A DNA stretch of 63,990 nt, filler included, from Aduncisulcus paluster (lineage: Eukaryota), in the NCBI GenBank assembly GCA_024181965.1. It is 9 parts of 9 records of this genome, joined end to end, with 100 filler letters (N's around TTAATTAATTAA, not from the genome) between each part and the next. Parts side by side here need not be neighbours in the genome. Positions count along the whole stretch, not along the records: positions 51,473 to 56,983 come from BQXS01000048.1; positions 57,084 to 59,943 come from BQXS01000051.1; positions 60,044 to 62,474 come from BQXS01000052.1; positions 62,575 to 63,990 come from BQXS01000170.1; 5 more parts are not named here. One strand, written 5' to 3'. This document shows positions 52,788 through 63,990 of the stretch, piece by piece. The position numbers were made by a program, and so were the translations under genes. The notes below the pieces were generated by a model. That model made no database searches and was not told the DNA's origin. It saw only the letters and a list, made by a program, of their open reading frames with translations. Every line of letters begins with the position of its first letter. Positions within the stretch are counted from its first letter, which is position 1.

Positions 52788-55700
52788 TTAACAAACGAAA
52801 ACTCCATGAACAAGACGAGCGAGAGCAGATGCCCAAGCACAAAAAACCTCGGCATCGGGTGCTGTCAAGTGTATATGGCGGGAAGAAGTTGTAATACCAA
52901 TACGCAAACAATCAGTGTTCAAACTTTTCGAGCTCTGATAAGCTTTCTTTTGTTCCCGAATAGCCTTATCCAAGACACCACTTCCCTCCACCATGGCAAC
53001 AGCAGCACGGCCACTCATAATTCTTCCACCAGCTTCAAGGGAACGACTCAAGTTGCTCTTCTTTCCGTCGCAAATGGCAGAGAAATGGTTAATCACTAGC
53101 TCATCAATGGCAGAAGCTGCGTGTCCAAGATACACAGCTTTTACGTGATTGAGAGACACAACACCTCCTCTTGATTTCATCGAGTCACCAGCCACTAAGA
53201 AACCAGACTCCGCACCAGTCAATCCTGCTCCAGCACCGCTACTTGATGTTGGCTTATCGACGGCCATCACTGTCCGATGTTTGGCCCATATAAGTTTGTT
53301 GTCAGACAAATCGATTCTACACCAACGCTTGGCTATCTTGACACTGCTGCTCAAGCCCTCTTTCACGCACACGAGCTTCTCAAAGAGGTGGGGGGAGACG
53401 ACTAGAGACACGACGGAGGGCGATAATTGATCAGAAGAAGAGGAAGAGAGGGAGGCTGAGAGTGAAGAACCAGTGCCTTGATACTGACTGGTCGGAGACA
53501 AGGCCACGGACGAAGGACTCTTGGGCACTCCAACCATCTGTTGCTCGAGGTAATCCCACCCAGCAGCACCAGTACCAGTTTGGTCATACATCTCAATATC
53601 CTGGCCTTGCATGCCAATCCTTCCTTCAATACCGTCCTGTGTGATGTCAGCAGCTTCTTCCTCATCTTCCGAAGGCGTAGCTCCTTTCTTGACTTCCTCA
53701 AGAGCTGTGTTTTGTTTCAGACGGAGCTCTGCAAGACGACTGTCCAGCTTACGAATCTCTTCGCGTTGTTTCCTAAGCTTCTCTCTCTCTGCACTTAAAT
53801 CCAGAGATAATCCATCATCGCCTTTATCTTTCCCAGCAGGACCTTTTCTCTTCTTCTTNNNNNNNNNNNNNNNNNNNNGGAAGAGAGGGAGGCTGAGAGT
53901 GAAGAACCAGTGCCTTGATACTGACTGGTCGGAGACAAGGCCACGGACGAAGGACTCTTGGGCACTCCAACCATCTGTTGCTCGAGGTAATCCCACCCAG
54001 CAGCACCAGTACCAGTTTGGTCATACATCTCAATATCCTGGCCTTGCATGCCAATCCTTCCTTCAATACCGTCCTGTGTGATGTCAGCAGCTTCTTCCTC
54101 ATCTTCCGAAGGCGTAGCTCCTTTCTTGACTTCCTCAAGAGCTGTGTTTTGTTTCAGACGGAGCTCTGCAAGACGACTGTCCAGCTTACGAATCTCTTCG
54201 CGTTGTTTCCTAAGCTTCTCTCTCTGCACTTAAATCCAGAGATAATCCATCATCGCCTTTATCTTTCCCAGCAGGACCTTTTCTCTTCTTCTTTCCAGCT
54301 TCTTGCTGTTCTGCTTGTCTTGCTGTGGCAGAATTGTCTTCTTCAAGCATCTGGAAATATGTCGATTGTTTCAACTGTTTCTCAATAAACAAATCAAGAT
54401 CTGTTTTGGCGGTTTGGGTGGAACCTGAAGTGGCAGAACGTTGTTTTTCTTCTTCTTCCCTTTCTTTCTCCTCCTTTTTGATACGTTTCCACTGTTTATC
54501 GGCCTTCTCAGCCACCTTGACTTGTCGCATGTCCTCATCGTGGCGCTGATCAAGTTGTTTCCATGTCTCATTGAAATCACGAATATCACGAAGCTTTACA
54601 CCGCTCTTGGATGCAATCGGGCCAACAGAACGACTTCTCGAGTGACTGAGATCTCTTGAGCCACGTAGAGTAGTTCTTGATGAAGAAACATCGCCTTGAG
54701 TGTCAGCACTGCCAATACCTTCACCAGCAGTAGGAACATCTGCCACCTGTAAATCGGAACTTGTAAGGCCAAACCCAAAACTCATGCTCCGATCATGTTG
54801 TTGGCTTGCACCTCCAGCACTGTACCCACGCCTTGGGTGAGCCGAGGATGAACGACGACGCCGACCAGCCCCAACAATAGTAGAACCTTGAGAAATATTA
54901 CTTATAGCTGAAAAAGTACTCCCAGATCTATTTGTTCTCCCTCTCAACGAGTTATCATCTCCAAACATTGAAGTTGAGCCAATGGAAGCTCTTCGGCCAC
55001 TTGCTGATGTTCTTCTTGTCCCAAGGGCTCCAAGAGAAGTCCCGAACCTTGAAGAGTGACTCAGATTAGCTGTTGATGATGCATATTCAACGCCTCCACG
55101 GAGTTGTCTTCTCCTCTCTCTCAAGATGGGACTGTCACCCAACACATGCTCTTCTTCAGCATCATCGAGTAAGTCATACTCACTCACTCCTCCTCGACCA
55201 CTCCCGAGAACACCTGGGCCAATGATTCCAGAGTCACTCCTGCGAATTCTTTCTTTGAGTTGTTCGATCACACGCTCACGTCTTATTCTTCCGATATCAT
55301 GACTGCCATCCTGAACAATCTCTCCATCTTCAACGTGTGTTTTGATCCCAACAGAAGCATCTCTACGAGAATCAGTACCACGATGAGCAATTCCTTTGAC
55401 TTTTTCAGTTTTTGTGCCAAGGGATTTCATTCGATGGATCAATTGAGAGTTTTGTCTCTTTTCCTCATTTTCTAACTCAACCCATCGTTGTTCCCACGTC
55501 TCATGAGCATCATCAGCGATTGAATATGTTGAAGCTAGAGAACGAGAAGAAGTGGGCTGGTGGTCCATGAAGGAATCACGGTGAGGCTGTTGCAATCTAG
55601 AACCGGCAATAGAACCTGCGGAAGGTCTGTTAAGCTCACCGATACGTGTGGGATCTTTGTTCCATGATGTTTGTTCAAAACGGAGGGTACGAAGCCTTTC

Positions 55701-56983
55701 ACGAAGACGTTCTTCTTGCTCATCGGTTGTCTCCTCACGGATCTTTCGCAGAGCTTCCAACCTTCTCTCGTGGGCCATTCGAAGCTCTTCATCCTCATAT
55801 GTTCCTTGCCTTTGTTGATCTTCTTCCTTTTGTGTTTCTATGATTGAAGGTTTCCCCATCAAGTCTCTGAGTTGAGACTGATCTTGGGGTTGTCTGGGGT
55901 GCACTTCAGTCGTGATTATACCATGAGAGGCGACAGAATCCATCTCAGAGTCGGCAACAACAATCTCTCTAGGTAACTCTTCGTCCTCTTCCTCGAGAAC
56001 TTGTTGTGATGTTTGTTGGGATATAGAATCGTCCTGAATTGTGGACATGGATGGTCTAGATGTAGGATTCATGGTAAGAGGGGTGGGTGTTGAAGGAGCA
56101 TCAATGACAATCACTCTCCCTTCTTCAACGTGTGTATCCATCACAATCCCTCTGTCTTCTCCTCTCCTCTTTTGTAACACTTCCTCTTCCTCTTCTTCAT
56201 CATCTTCCTCATCTTTCAAGGGACTCAACGTTTGCTGGTGGATCTGAGAATACGATTGCTGGGAACGAGAGTGGGATGGACTACAAGTCGTGGTAGTTAA
56301 CGTGTTGTTTAATGTTGTACTTACTGAAGTTAATGTGTTTGGAACGGCAGTTAATGTGTTTGGAACAGTGGCAGTGGTAGTCGTAGAGCTCGAAGAGGAG
56401 ATTTGCTCAGCTGATGAACCAACAGGTAGTCTTCCAGTTGTCTTTGCTGAACGCTTACTCTCTCTCATCAAAACGACGCCATTGTTGAGTGGCTAATTGA
56501 CCTAATTGAACGCGTTGATCAATAGCAAGTTTATCTTCGTGTTGCCTCTTTTCTTCTTCAAGCTTCATGCGTAGTTTCATTCGTTCTTGACGGATCTCTT
56601 CTTGTTCTCTTTCTCTCTCTGCTCTTTCGATTGCAAAGGCACGTTCTTGGCGTTTCTTGAGCTCTTCATCCATCTTTTTCTCTGCTTCTTTCCTCCTCTC
56701 CTCTTCCTTCCTATACAGCTCTTCACGAAGTGTGGTCTTTGGATCCTTCTGCTTTTGTTTAAACCCTGGAGAATGCTTGGATTTGATCATCTCCCTCGAA
56801 TGTCTGAATCTCCCTCTAATATTTCTGAACGATGACGACAACAGAGTCACATCTGCTTGACTGGCTTCCCTCATCAGGCCTACGGAAGAAGTTGAAGCAG
56901 ACACGGACATATCTTCCCTTCCTTCTCCTTTCTCCATCTGATCTCTCTCTTTCAAAAGGGAAGGACGACTAAAGGGACTCAAA
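52788..56983 (-). CDS. Large low-complexity/coiled-coil protein with C-terminal PH domain (5' truncated; apparent frameshifts at (GA)n tracts)
   Basis: KRWCRIDLSDNKLIW, VSLNHVKAVYLG, HIHLTAPDAEVFCAWASAL; three ORF pieces joined across ~56460 and the duplication at gap 53859-53878. Confidence 0.75.
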
Positions 56984-57083
56984 NNNNNNNNNNNNNNNNN
57001 NNNNNNNNNNNNNNNNNNNNNNNNNNNTTAATTAATTAANNNNNNNNNNNNNNNNNNNNNNNNNNNNNNNNNNNNNNNNNNNN

Positions 57084-57338
57084 ACGAATGAAATAAACAA
57101 CCTTGTTAGGGCATGAAATGGGTACCAAAGACATCTGAATGAGAGCTTCGGCTTTTGTAGGTTTTTCGGGGCTTGGATTGAACCAAAACATTGCTTTTGG
57201 ACCTCCATCAGGCCAGAACTTTGGCATTTCGGCGAGGAATCCCCTCAATTTTGCATGATTTGAGACAGTTTCAAGGTCCAGATCAAAAGCATCGGCGACC
57301 CTACTAAGAATCCACTTAGTTCGAGCATCCAATGACAT
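57084..57338 (-). CDS. Axonemal outer-arm dynein gamma-type heavy chain (DNAH5/8-like), N-terminus only
   Basis: MSLDARTKWILSRVADAFDL...FWPDGGPKAMFWF...VVYFIR resembles the gamma heavy chain start MALDNRHRLIVGKLAEAFGL...FFTPAGPPSLVF...VYFTR (recalled). Confidence 0.65.
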
Positions 57339-58007
57339 TGTTCAATGATATTTGTGTTTTAATGCAAAAAATGGAACAACAAAATATAAATCAAAGGAAA
57401 AACGCAAAATTCAATTTGACATCGAATAATTACAGAAATGTGCGCGTTTATGAATAAATTTGGAGTATTAATGCAAGTGTGATATTTATTCCAACATGAA
57501 AATGGACATGAAAGCAGCAAGAACAAGTTCAACAGTTCATTTTTGTTTTTCAAAAAATCTCGCCGAAACACAATCACAGATAGAAAGAATGCGTTCAAAT
57601 ATTGAAATAAAAGGGAAAGAAATATAACAAAAAATATAAATCAAAGGAAAAACGCAAAATTCAATTTGACATCGAATAATTACAGAAATGTGCGCGTTTA
57701 TGAATAAATTTGGAGTATTAATGCAAGTGTGATATTTATTCCAACATGAAAATGGACATGAAAGCAGCAAGAACAAGTTCAACAGTTCATTTTTGTTTTT
57801 CAAAAAATCTCGCCGAAACACAATCACAGATAGAAAGAATGCGTTCAAATATTGAAATAAAAGGGAAAGAAATATAACAAAAAATATGATATTTACGATG
57901 TGATTATGCTGAAACAAGGAATGATTGCACCGCCAGTTGACAACGCTTATTTCATTAATTTGGAAATAACTTCAACAGTTTTCCAGATTTCTTTCTCATT
58001 TTCTTCA
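57178..58007. repeat. Inverted duplicate of 59366-59943 with an extra ~250-bp tandem copy
   Basis: Direct reverse-complement match including the last codons of the 58092-59426 gene. Confidence 0.88.
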
Positions 58008-58091
58008 ATTTCTACGCATCAGGTATCTTGATAATTATATGGTGGACATGATAGTGGATTGAAATCTCGTAATCTTGTTTTTGGAGTCACT

Positions 58092-59426
58092 ATGGGAAAA
58101 GGGACATTAGAAGACTTAGAATTATGCTTACGAAAAGGTGAAGTAGGAGATGCGTTGCATATAATTGCTGCTTTGCGGGAGGGTCATTCCCATATGAATG
58201 AATTGATTGGAGAAAAGTCATTACCTTGTTGTTTTTATCCAGTAAGTGAACATGTTGCATCAAAAATAGGAAGACTATTTGAATTATGTCATATGACTCT
58301 TCATAATTTCGTTCCTTCGGAAGGAATCTTCAAATCTCTTGTTATTTCTGTAATTTTAAAACCTTTTGTGGAAGAAGTTAAAAAGTATTCTAAAGCCATT
58401 GGGAAAATTATATCTGACACAGGAAATGTTACATTAGCCCAAAAGATGAAGATTGCAGAAGAATGTATTTCTACGCCTGCAGCTTCATTATCTTTTGCCA
58501 TTTTTATGTTAAAGGACCTCGTATCATTTGGAAAAATACCATCATGTGAACTTCAGAGGCATTTTGAAGGATTTGGCGAGTACTCACAATATGAGATAAA
58601 ATGTGGATTTCGTGACCTCGAAGAATTATCCATTGAACAACAAGCCGTGTTATCATTTTTCAATGTTATTCATTCTATTGATTCAGAATTTGCCACAAAG
58701 AATTGTCCTGTTCTCGGTGAATTTGTTAGCGAACCACTTGTGTTTTCTGGGCAATTTTCTGTTGCTCATCAAATATATTCGAACTATGATATACTTTCAA
58801 CAACGATTGTTAGGTTAAAAGATTATATTTCAAAGCTTCCTTTTAGTATGCAAGAATCCCTTGTTGTTTCTACTCGTCCCCTGTTGACCTGTTCCATAGC
58901 TTGCAAAGACAATGTTAATATTGCCAAGTGTGAAGCCTTGACATTTATGCTATGTCGTATTTGCGAAGGAACCATGCCTTTCTCTATTGCTCAGGGTCTA
59001 ATCCGCTGCTCTTCTGTTGATGATGTTGAATGTACAATCGCCAAAGCAGAAAGAGAAGGATCTGCAATGTTAATCGAAGAAGCGAAGTATGATCTCAGCG
59101 ATGACGATGAAGAAAAAGATGGTGCCGAGTGTGGTGGAGAAAGACAAACGAGTGATGATTCTTCACTAATTCTCGATAAAAAGGACTTATACAAATATCA
59201 ACCGCCAAAGCATCTTTTAAAATATAGCTCAATTATTCCCATGTCATCTCTTACTTTGTCTTCTGCATGGTTGTGCATTGGTTGGGCCTATGCTTATAAT
59301 TCACACTATGAAGAGGCACTTGGATGCTTCGCTGAAGGAATTAAACAATGTATAGCAGTTGGCAATGAAGAAAATGAGAAAGAAATCTGGAAAACTGTTG
59401 AAGTTATTTCCAAATTAATGAAATAA
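58092..59426 (+). CDS. Hypothetical protein with C-terminal TPR-like motif
   Basis: AWLCIGWAYAYNSHYEEALGCFAEGI. Confidence 0.72.
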   Translation: MGKGTLEDLELCLRKGEVGDALHIIAALREGHSHMNELIGEKSLPCCFYPVSEHVASKIGRLFELCHMTLHNFVPSEGIFKSLVISVILKPFVEEVKKYSKAIGKIISDTGNVTLAQKMKIAEECISTPAASLSFAIFMLKDLVSFGKIPSCELQRHFEGFGEYSQYEIKCGFRDLEELSIEQQAVLSFFNVIHSIDSEFATKNCPVLGEFVSEPLVFSGQFSVAHQIYSNYDILSTTIVRLKDYISKLPFSMQESLVVSTRPLLTCSIACKDNVNIAKCEALTFMLCRICEGTMPFSIAQGLIRCSSVDDVECTIAKAEREGSAMLIEEAKYDLSDDDEEKDGAECGGERQTSDDSSLILDKKDLYKYQPPKHLLKYSSIIPMSSLTLSSAWLCIGWAYAYNSHYEEALGCFAEGIKQCIAVGNEENEKEIWKTVEVISKLMK

Positions 59427-59784
59427 GCGTTGTCAACTGGCGGTGCAATCATTCCTTGTTTCAGCATAATCACATCGTAAATATCATATTTTTTGTTATA
59501 TTTCTTTCCCTTTTATTTCAATATTTGAACGCATTCTTTCTATCTGTGATTGTGTTTCGGCGAGATTTTTTGAAAAACAAAAATGAACTGTTGAACTTGT
59601 TCTTGCTGCTTTCATGTCCATTTTCATGTTGGAATAAATATCACACTTGCATTAATACTCCAAATTTATTCATAAACGCGCACATTTCTGTAATTATTCG
59701 ATGTCAAATTGAATTTTGCGTTTTTCCTTTGATTTATATTTTGTTGTTCCATTTTTTGCATTAAAACACAAATATCATTGAACA

Positions 59785-59943
59785 ATGTCATTGGATGCTC
59801 GAACTAAGTGGATTCTTAGTAGGGTCGCCGATGCTTTTGATCTGGACCTTGAAACTGTCTCAAATCATGCAAAATTGAGGGGATTCCTCGCCGAAATGCC
59901 AAAGTTCTGGCCTGATGGAGGTCCAAAAGCAATGTTTTGGTTC
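59785..59943 (+). CDS. Same dynein heavy chain N-terminus (3' truncated)
   Basis: Identical to the first 53 codons of 57084-57338. Confidence 0.65.
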
Positions 59944-60043
59944 NNNNNNNNNNNNNNNNNNNNNNNNNNNNNNNNNNNNNNNNNNNNTTAATTAATTAAN
60001 NNNNNNNNNNNNNNNNNNNNNNNNNNNNNNNNNNNNNNNNNNN

Positions 60044-62474
60044 TTCTGTGTCTGCTCTTCCCGACACTTCCGAGTGTGCTGATACATACACCTCCTTGAG
60101 CTCTCTCAATCTCGCCGAAACATCCATTATTGATATTAGTGCTCTTCTTGTTGCTGCCGACTCTACCAATGTTTCGTTGACGGAGCTGATAATGAATGGT
60201 GTGTCGTTGTATGATGATGTTGCAGAAACGACTTCATTGTTTGACCCATCCATTCTTGTGAGTTTCTCTTCCATTTCCTCCTTAGGCCTTGCCTCCCTGG
60301 GTCTTGTAGATTCCGATCTCTTATCCATTGTGCATCTTGCTCTCGATGAGTTGAATGTTGCACACAATTCCCTTGTTGACATCTCTCCTTTATATCATCT
60401 GAATGGTGACTTGGCCACACTCGACATCAGCTACAATTCCATCTGTCTTGATGGAGTTGATTATGATGACGATTCTGCGTTGTATGATTTCTTCCCTAAA
60501 GCTGCAACTGCCGGTCGTTTCAGGCCTCCTTCCATCACATCTTCCTCACAGGATACCTCTTCCTGTGGTTTCTGTTCATCCTCTGAGACTGCTGGAGATG
60601 GTGCTGGTGATTCCGTTATTCATTGTTCAGATACTTCTTCTGCCGCGTCTCTTTCCTCCAACACGATCTGTCGTAAAGTGTGGGACTGGACGGAAAGTGT
60701 TGAAGAAGATGATGGCTCTGGTGGAGTGACCACAACCACAATTTACCACGAACAATGGAGTGTGGAGTGTAATCTGTATAGTTACAAAGTAGACAATGGA
60801 GATGAAACGTCAAGTTCATGTGTGTCATATCTTGATGAATCGGATAACTACACTCCTCCTGCCTCATTCCCCACGTGTGTTGAATCATCCATGGATAATG
60901 CGAATGTTGAGTGTTATAGCATTGATGGCACAGAAACATCTTGCATCGAGGGTTGGTATGGTGATGAATCATCGTGTGAGTATGAATGTGCTATTATCGT
61001 TACTGCTGATGATGTAAGTTCCATGTGTAGTGAAGTGTATGGGTATGGAACATGTGACACTTCCACACATGTCTGTTCGTGCTCTGAGGGTTATGAAGGA
61101 GACATCTGTGAATATCTCGCATATGACTCACTTGAAGACTTCATCTGTGCAAACCGTAATGTTTCTTCCATTGTGGAGGTATCTGAAGGAGCAAGCATTG
61201 AATGTGTTGGAAATGAACTGACTCCTGTTGAGGTGCTTGATATCATTGGTCTTGACCTGTCGTCATCTGGTCTCTCTGATATATCAGGGTTACGTTTCGG
61301 GACCAACTTGGTGAGTCTGGATCTGAGTGGACTGCCCTTGGATGCTTCAAATCCTGCTTCATATCTCTTGACAGAACTGTCTGACCTTCCGAACTTGCAA
61401 TATCTTGATGTGAGTGGTGCTAATATTGATGTCACCAATGCCATTTCCAATATGCCAACCTCTTTGAGATCTTTGTATATGAATTCACTCAACCTTGGTG
61501 CTGATACAGATTTCTCAATGTTCACAGATCTTTCAATTCTATCTGTCACAAACAACACATCTTTCAATATCTCGTCCATCACATATCTGCCTGTTTCACT
61601 CACACATCTTAACATCAGTGGGTGTTCGTCATTCTCAGATTTAGGTGTTCTCTTAGTCGATGATTATGATGAGAATCTCACAACTTTGATTGTGGATGAC
61701 GTTTCTTTGACGAACAAACAAACTCTTGGATCGTTTTCCTCATTGAGTACTCTAAGTGTGTCCAACACTGGGTTGACTGACGATGACTTGTTCCACATTG
61801 TCTCAATTTCATCTCTACAGACGTTAGATCTGTCGAACAATTCTCTGACAGACATCTCTCTGCTGTTCCAGTTGTCCGAGTTGACTTCCTTGGACGTGTC
61901 TCAGAACAAGCTCTGTGGAGTGACGGATGAGATATTTAAGCCATTCTTTACTCTTTCTGACAGCATCACAATCACGACTGGCAATGAGTCAACTTCCACT
62001 GCGATTGACCAAGATGATGCTTATTGTGGATATTGTTCCGATTCAACTCCTTCTGTCGATCCTTCTTCTAATGTTGTGTGCAAAGAGGTGTGGAGTGGCG
62101 AGTACCATACGGATTGTGCCATCTTCAGCTATCGTGATTACTCCAACTCTGGGTCTGGGTCTGGGTCTGAGGAACCGTTAACATGTGTGAACTTTGGATC
62201 TGAAGTTGACACTTCTTCCTTAACGTGCTTGTCTGGCATCGAGTCCAACCCCAACACTCAGTGCATCGGTGTCTACAACGAGTCCGATGCATCCGTTTCT
62301 ATCGAGAGTGGATGTGTTGAAGGGTGGTATGGCGATGAGTGTCTGGATGAATGTCCACTCCAAGGCACTGAGGAATGTGGAGGCTCTGGGTATGGAACAT
62401 GTGACAGTTCAACACATACTTGTGATTGCAATCTTGGTTATGAGGGTGACGCTTGTGAATTTCTTAATTATGAC
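60044..62474 (+). CDS. LRR/EGF-like acidic surface protein, internal fragment
   Basis: LQTLDLSNNSLTDISLL LRRs; EGF-like motifs GYGTCDTSTHVCSCSEGYEGDICE and C.EGWYGDE. Confidence 0.88.
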
Positions 62475-62574
62475 NNNNNNNNNNNNNNNNNNNNNNNNNN
62501 NNNNNNNNNNNNNNNNNNTTAATTAATTAANNNNNNNNNNNNNNNNNNNNNNNNNNNNNNNNNNNNNNNNNNNN

Positions 62575-63092
62575 GATTTGATAACAGATTGACAATCAAC
62601 ATAGGAACGATGGTATCCAGCTTTTCGAATTAAATGCTTCAATGTTGTTTCCTTATCCCAACCCTGTTCACTGGCAACCTCAGGAAGAAACACAGCTGAT
62701 TGACCGTTAATTAACTTGATTATAATTCCATGTGTCCCCACAGTCCAATCGTAACAATCCTTCCCATCTTCATAGTCAATAAGAACGGAAACAGTGACGC
62801 GCAATTGTTTTAATTCCGAGGCAGATATTGGCATAAATCTATGATCACGAGTTCCTGCAATAACAGCATATTCTCCGATACCAGCGCGAAGAGGCAAGCC
62901 ACTCAGATTACCAATACAGCCTCTCAAATCATACTCACTTCCATGGTCACGTTTTTTCCAGGTGACAAAGAGAGGTGATTCAAGGGAAGTGGGGATTTCT
63001 GTTGGTTCTCGGGGATCCTGTTTGAAGGAAGAATCAATCTCCTTGCGAAGACTGTCAAATGCATAAATACACATAGATTTGCTTGCTTTCAT
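62575..63092 (-). CDS. AMMECR1: AMMECR1-family protein (3' truncated)
   Basis: PLFVTW, LRGCIG, DHRF.PI...EL, DWTVGTHGI, FLPEVASEQGW, L.RKAG. Confidence 0.92.
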
Positions 63093-63314
63093 TTTTTAGA
63101 TGTTGTCAAATTCGCTGTTGCTTTTCTAAGGTGAAGAAAAGAGAATATCATAACGATTTGAATTTAAATTTTTGCAAGAAATGAATATAAATCAATCCAA
63201 ATATATTTTTGTTTGAAATATGGAACTGAATACTCCCAGAAGAATTCTTCGGTTTTCTTCGCTTCTGACGAGCTCCATTTGCTTTATTGATGTAATAGAT
63301 ATCACATATATAAT

Positions 63315-63990
63315 ATGAGTGCTATTGATAATATTAAAGCAGAATTTAAGTGTTCTTTATGTCTCGGAGCAGCTGGACAAGATTCAAGATTTTATTCCAT
63401 TGAGTGCTCCACTTCTCCGCAATTAGTTCGTCACTTTTTCTGTCATTCGTGCATTACTGATTATTTACTATATAACAAATCATTTTCTACTGAAGGAGAG
63501 ATCATTTCTGATACGCAACGAGATTTTCTCTCTCAAAGGTATCCAGGTTCTATTATCCCATATATCCTTCCAAAAGAGAGGTCATTACTTCCAAAAACAT
63601 ATAAATTCTCCGGAATTACTCCTCCTAAATATAAAGATCCTTATGATAATCACGTATTAGGAGTATGTCCAATATGCCGGAAAAAGGTCGATTTCACTGC
63701 TTCTGTACGGCGCGAATTATGGCTTGAACGACTCAATTCGTTATTGTGTTCATGTAAAGTATGTTCAGCCACCGGTAGTCATCGTGAGATGACTCATCAT
63801 CTTTCCCAACATGTCTTAGAGCTATATAATCCTGATAAATCGAAAGATAAGCAACTTATTCCCACATCTCAATCTTCTTTCTCTTCATTTTTCCCTCCCG
63901 CTCCTCATTTCTCTACCTTCATCTCTGTGGGATCATCTGTGTGTATTTCTCTTCGACCTCATCTTATTTTGAGTGATGTTTCCTCCCATC
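63315..63990 (+). CDS. RING-finger protein with a second zinc finger (runs off the window; absent from the ORF track)
   Basis: Hand translation: MSAIDNIKAEFKCSLC...EC...HFFCHSC...CPICRK...CKVC...HHLSQH, with no stop to the window end. Confidence 0.8.
   Translation, partial: MSAIDNIKAEFKCSLCLGAAGQDSRFYSIECSTSPQLVRHFFCHSCITDYLLYNKSFSTEGEIISDTQRDFLSQRYPGSIIPYILPKERSLLPKTYKFSGITPPKYKDPYDNHVLGVCPICRKKVDFTASVRRELWLERLNSLLCSCKVCSATGSHREMTHHLSQHVLELYNPDKSKDKQLIPTSQSSFSSFFPPAPHFSTFISVGSSVCISLRPHLILSDVSSH

Noticed and set aside
1-63990. CRISPR array, transposase, rRNA, or TAA/TAG reassignment
   Set aside because: No repeat-spacer array, transposase/RT motif or rRNA seen; conserved genes end at TAA, TAG and TGA, and long ORFs lack internal TAR codons.

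Overview
AT-rich, gene-dense eukaryotic DNA in the standard genetic code, made of nine unrelated contigs joined by 100-nt N44-TTAATTAATTAA-N44 linkers. Most 20-N gaps are flanked by exact duplications that are scaffolding artefacts. The content (axonemal and IFT dynein genes, a bacterial-type tryptophanase, sparse short GTATG introns, an expanded kinase family, LRR/EGF surface proteins) points to an anaerobic flagellate. My best guess is a free-living fornicate such as Aduncisulcus (inference, not searched). Recognisable genes: Rad6/UBC2, Cwc24, SF3A1, DENR, SAP30-like, WDR34, GIGYF-like, AMMECR1, Sec16-like, the N-terminus of the outer-arm dynein gamma chain, and tRNA-Gly(TCC). Most interesting: (1) a multi-copy family of ~165-aa domains with hypervariable non-synonymous patches between identical DNA blocks, found with or without a kinase, with lipid-anchor motifs and a highly conserved upstream non-coding element (candidate diversified receptor-kinase system); (2) an MDH-family enzyme with Phe at the Arg specificity position, directly downstream of a tryptophanase; (3) internalin-like LRR/EGF mosaic proteins with homogenised Cys-rich cassettes.
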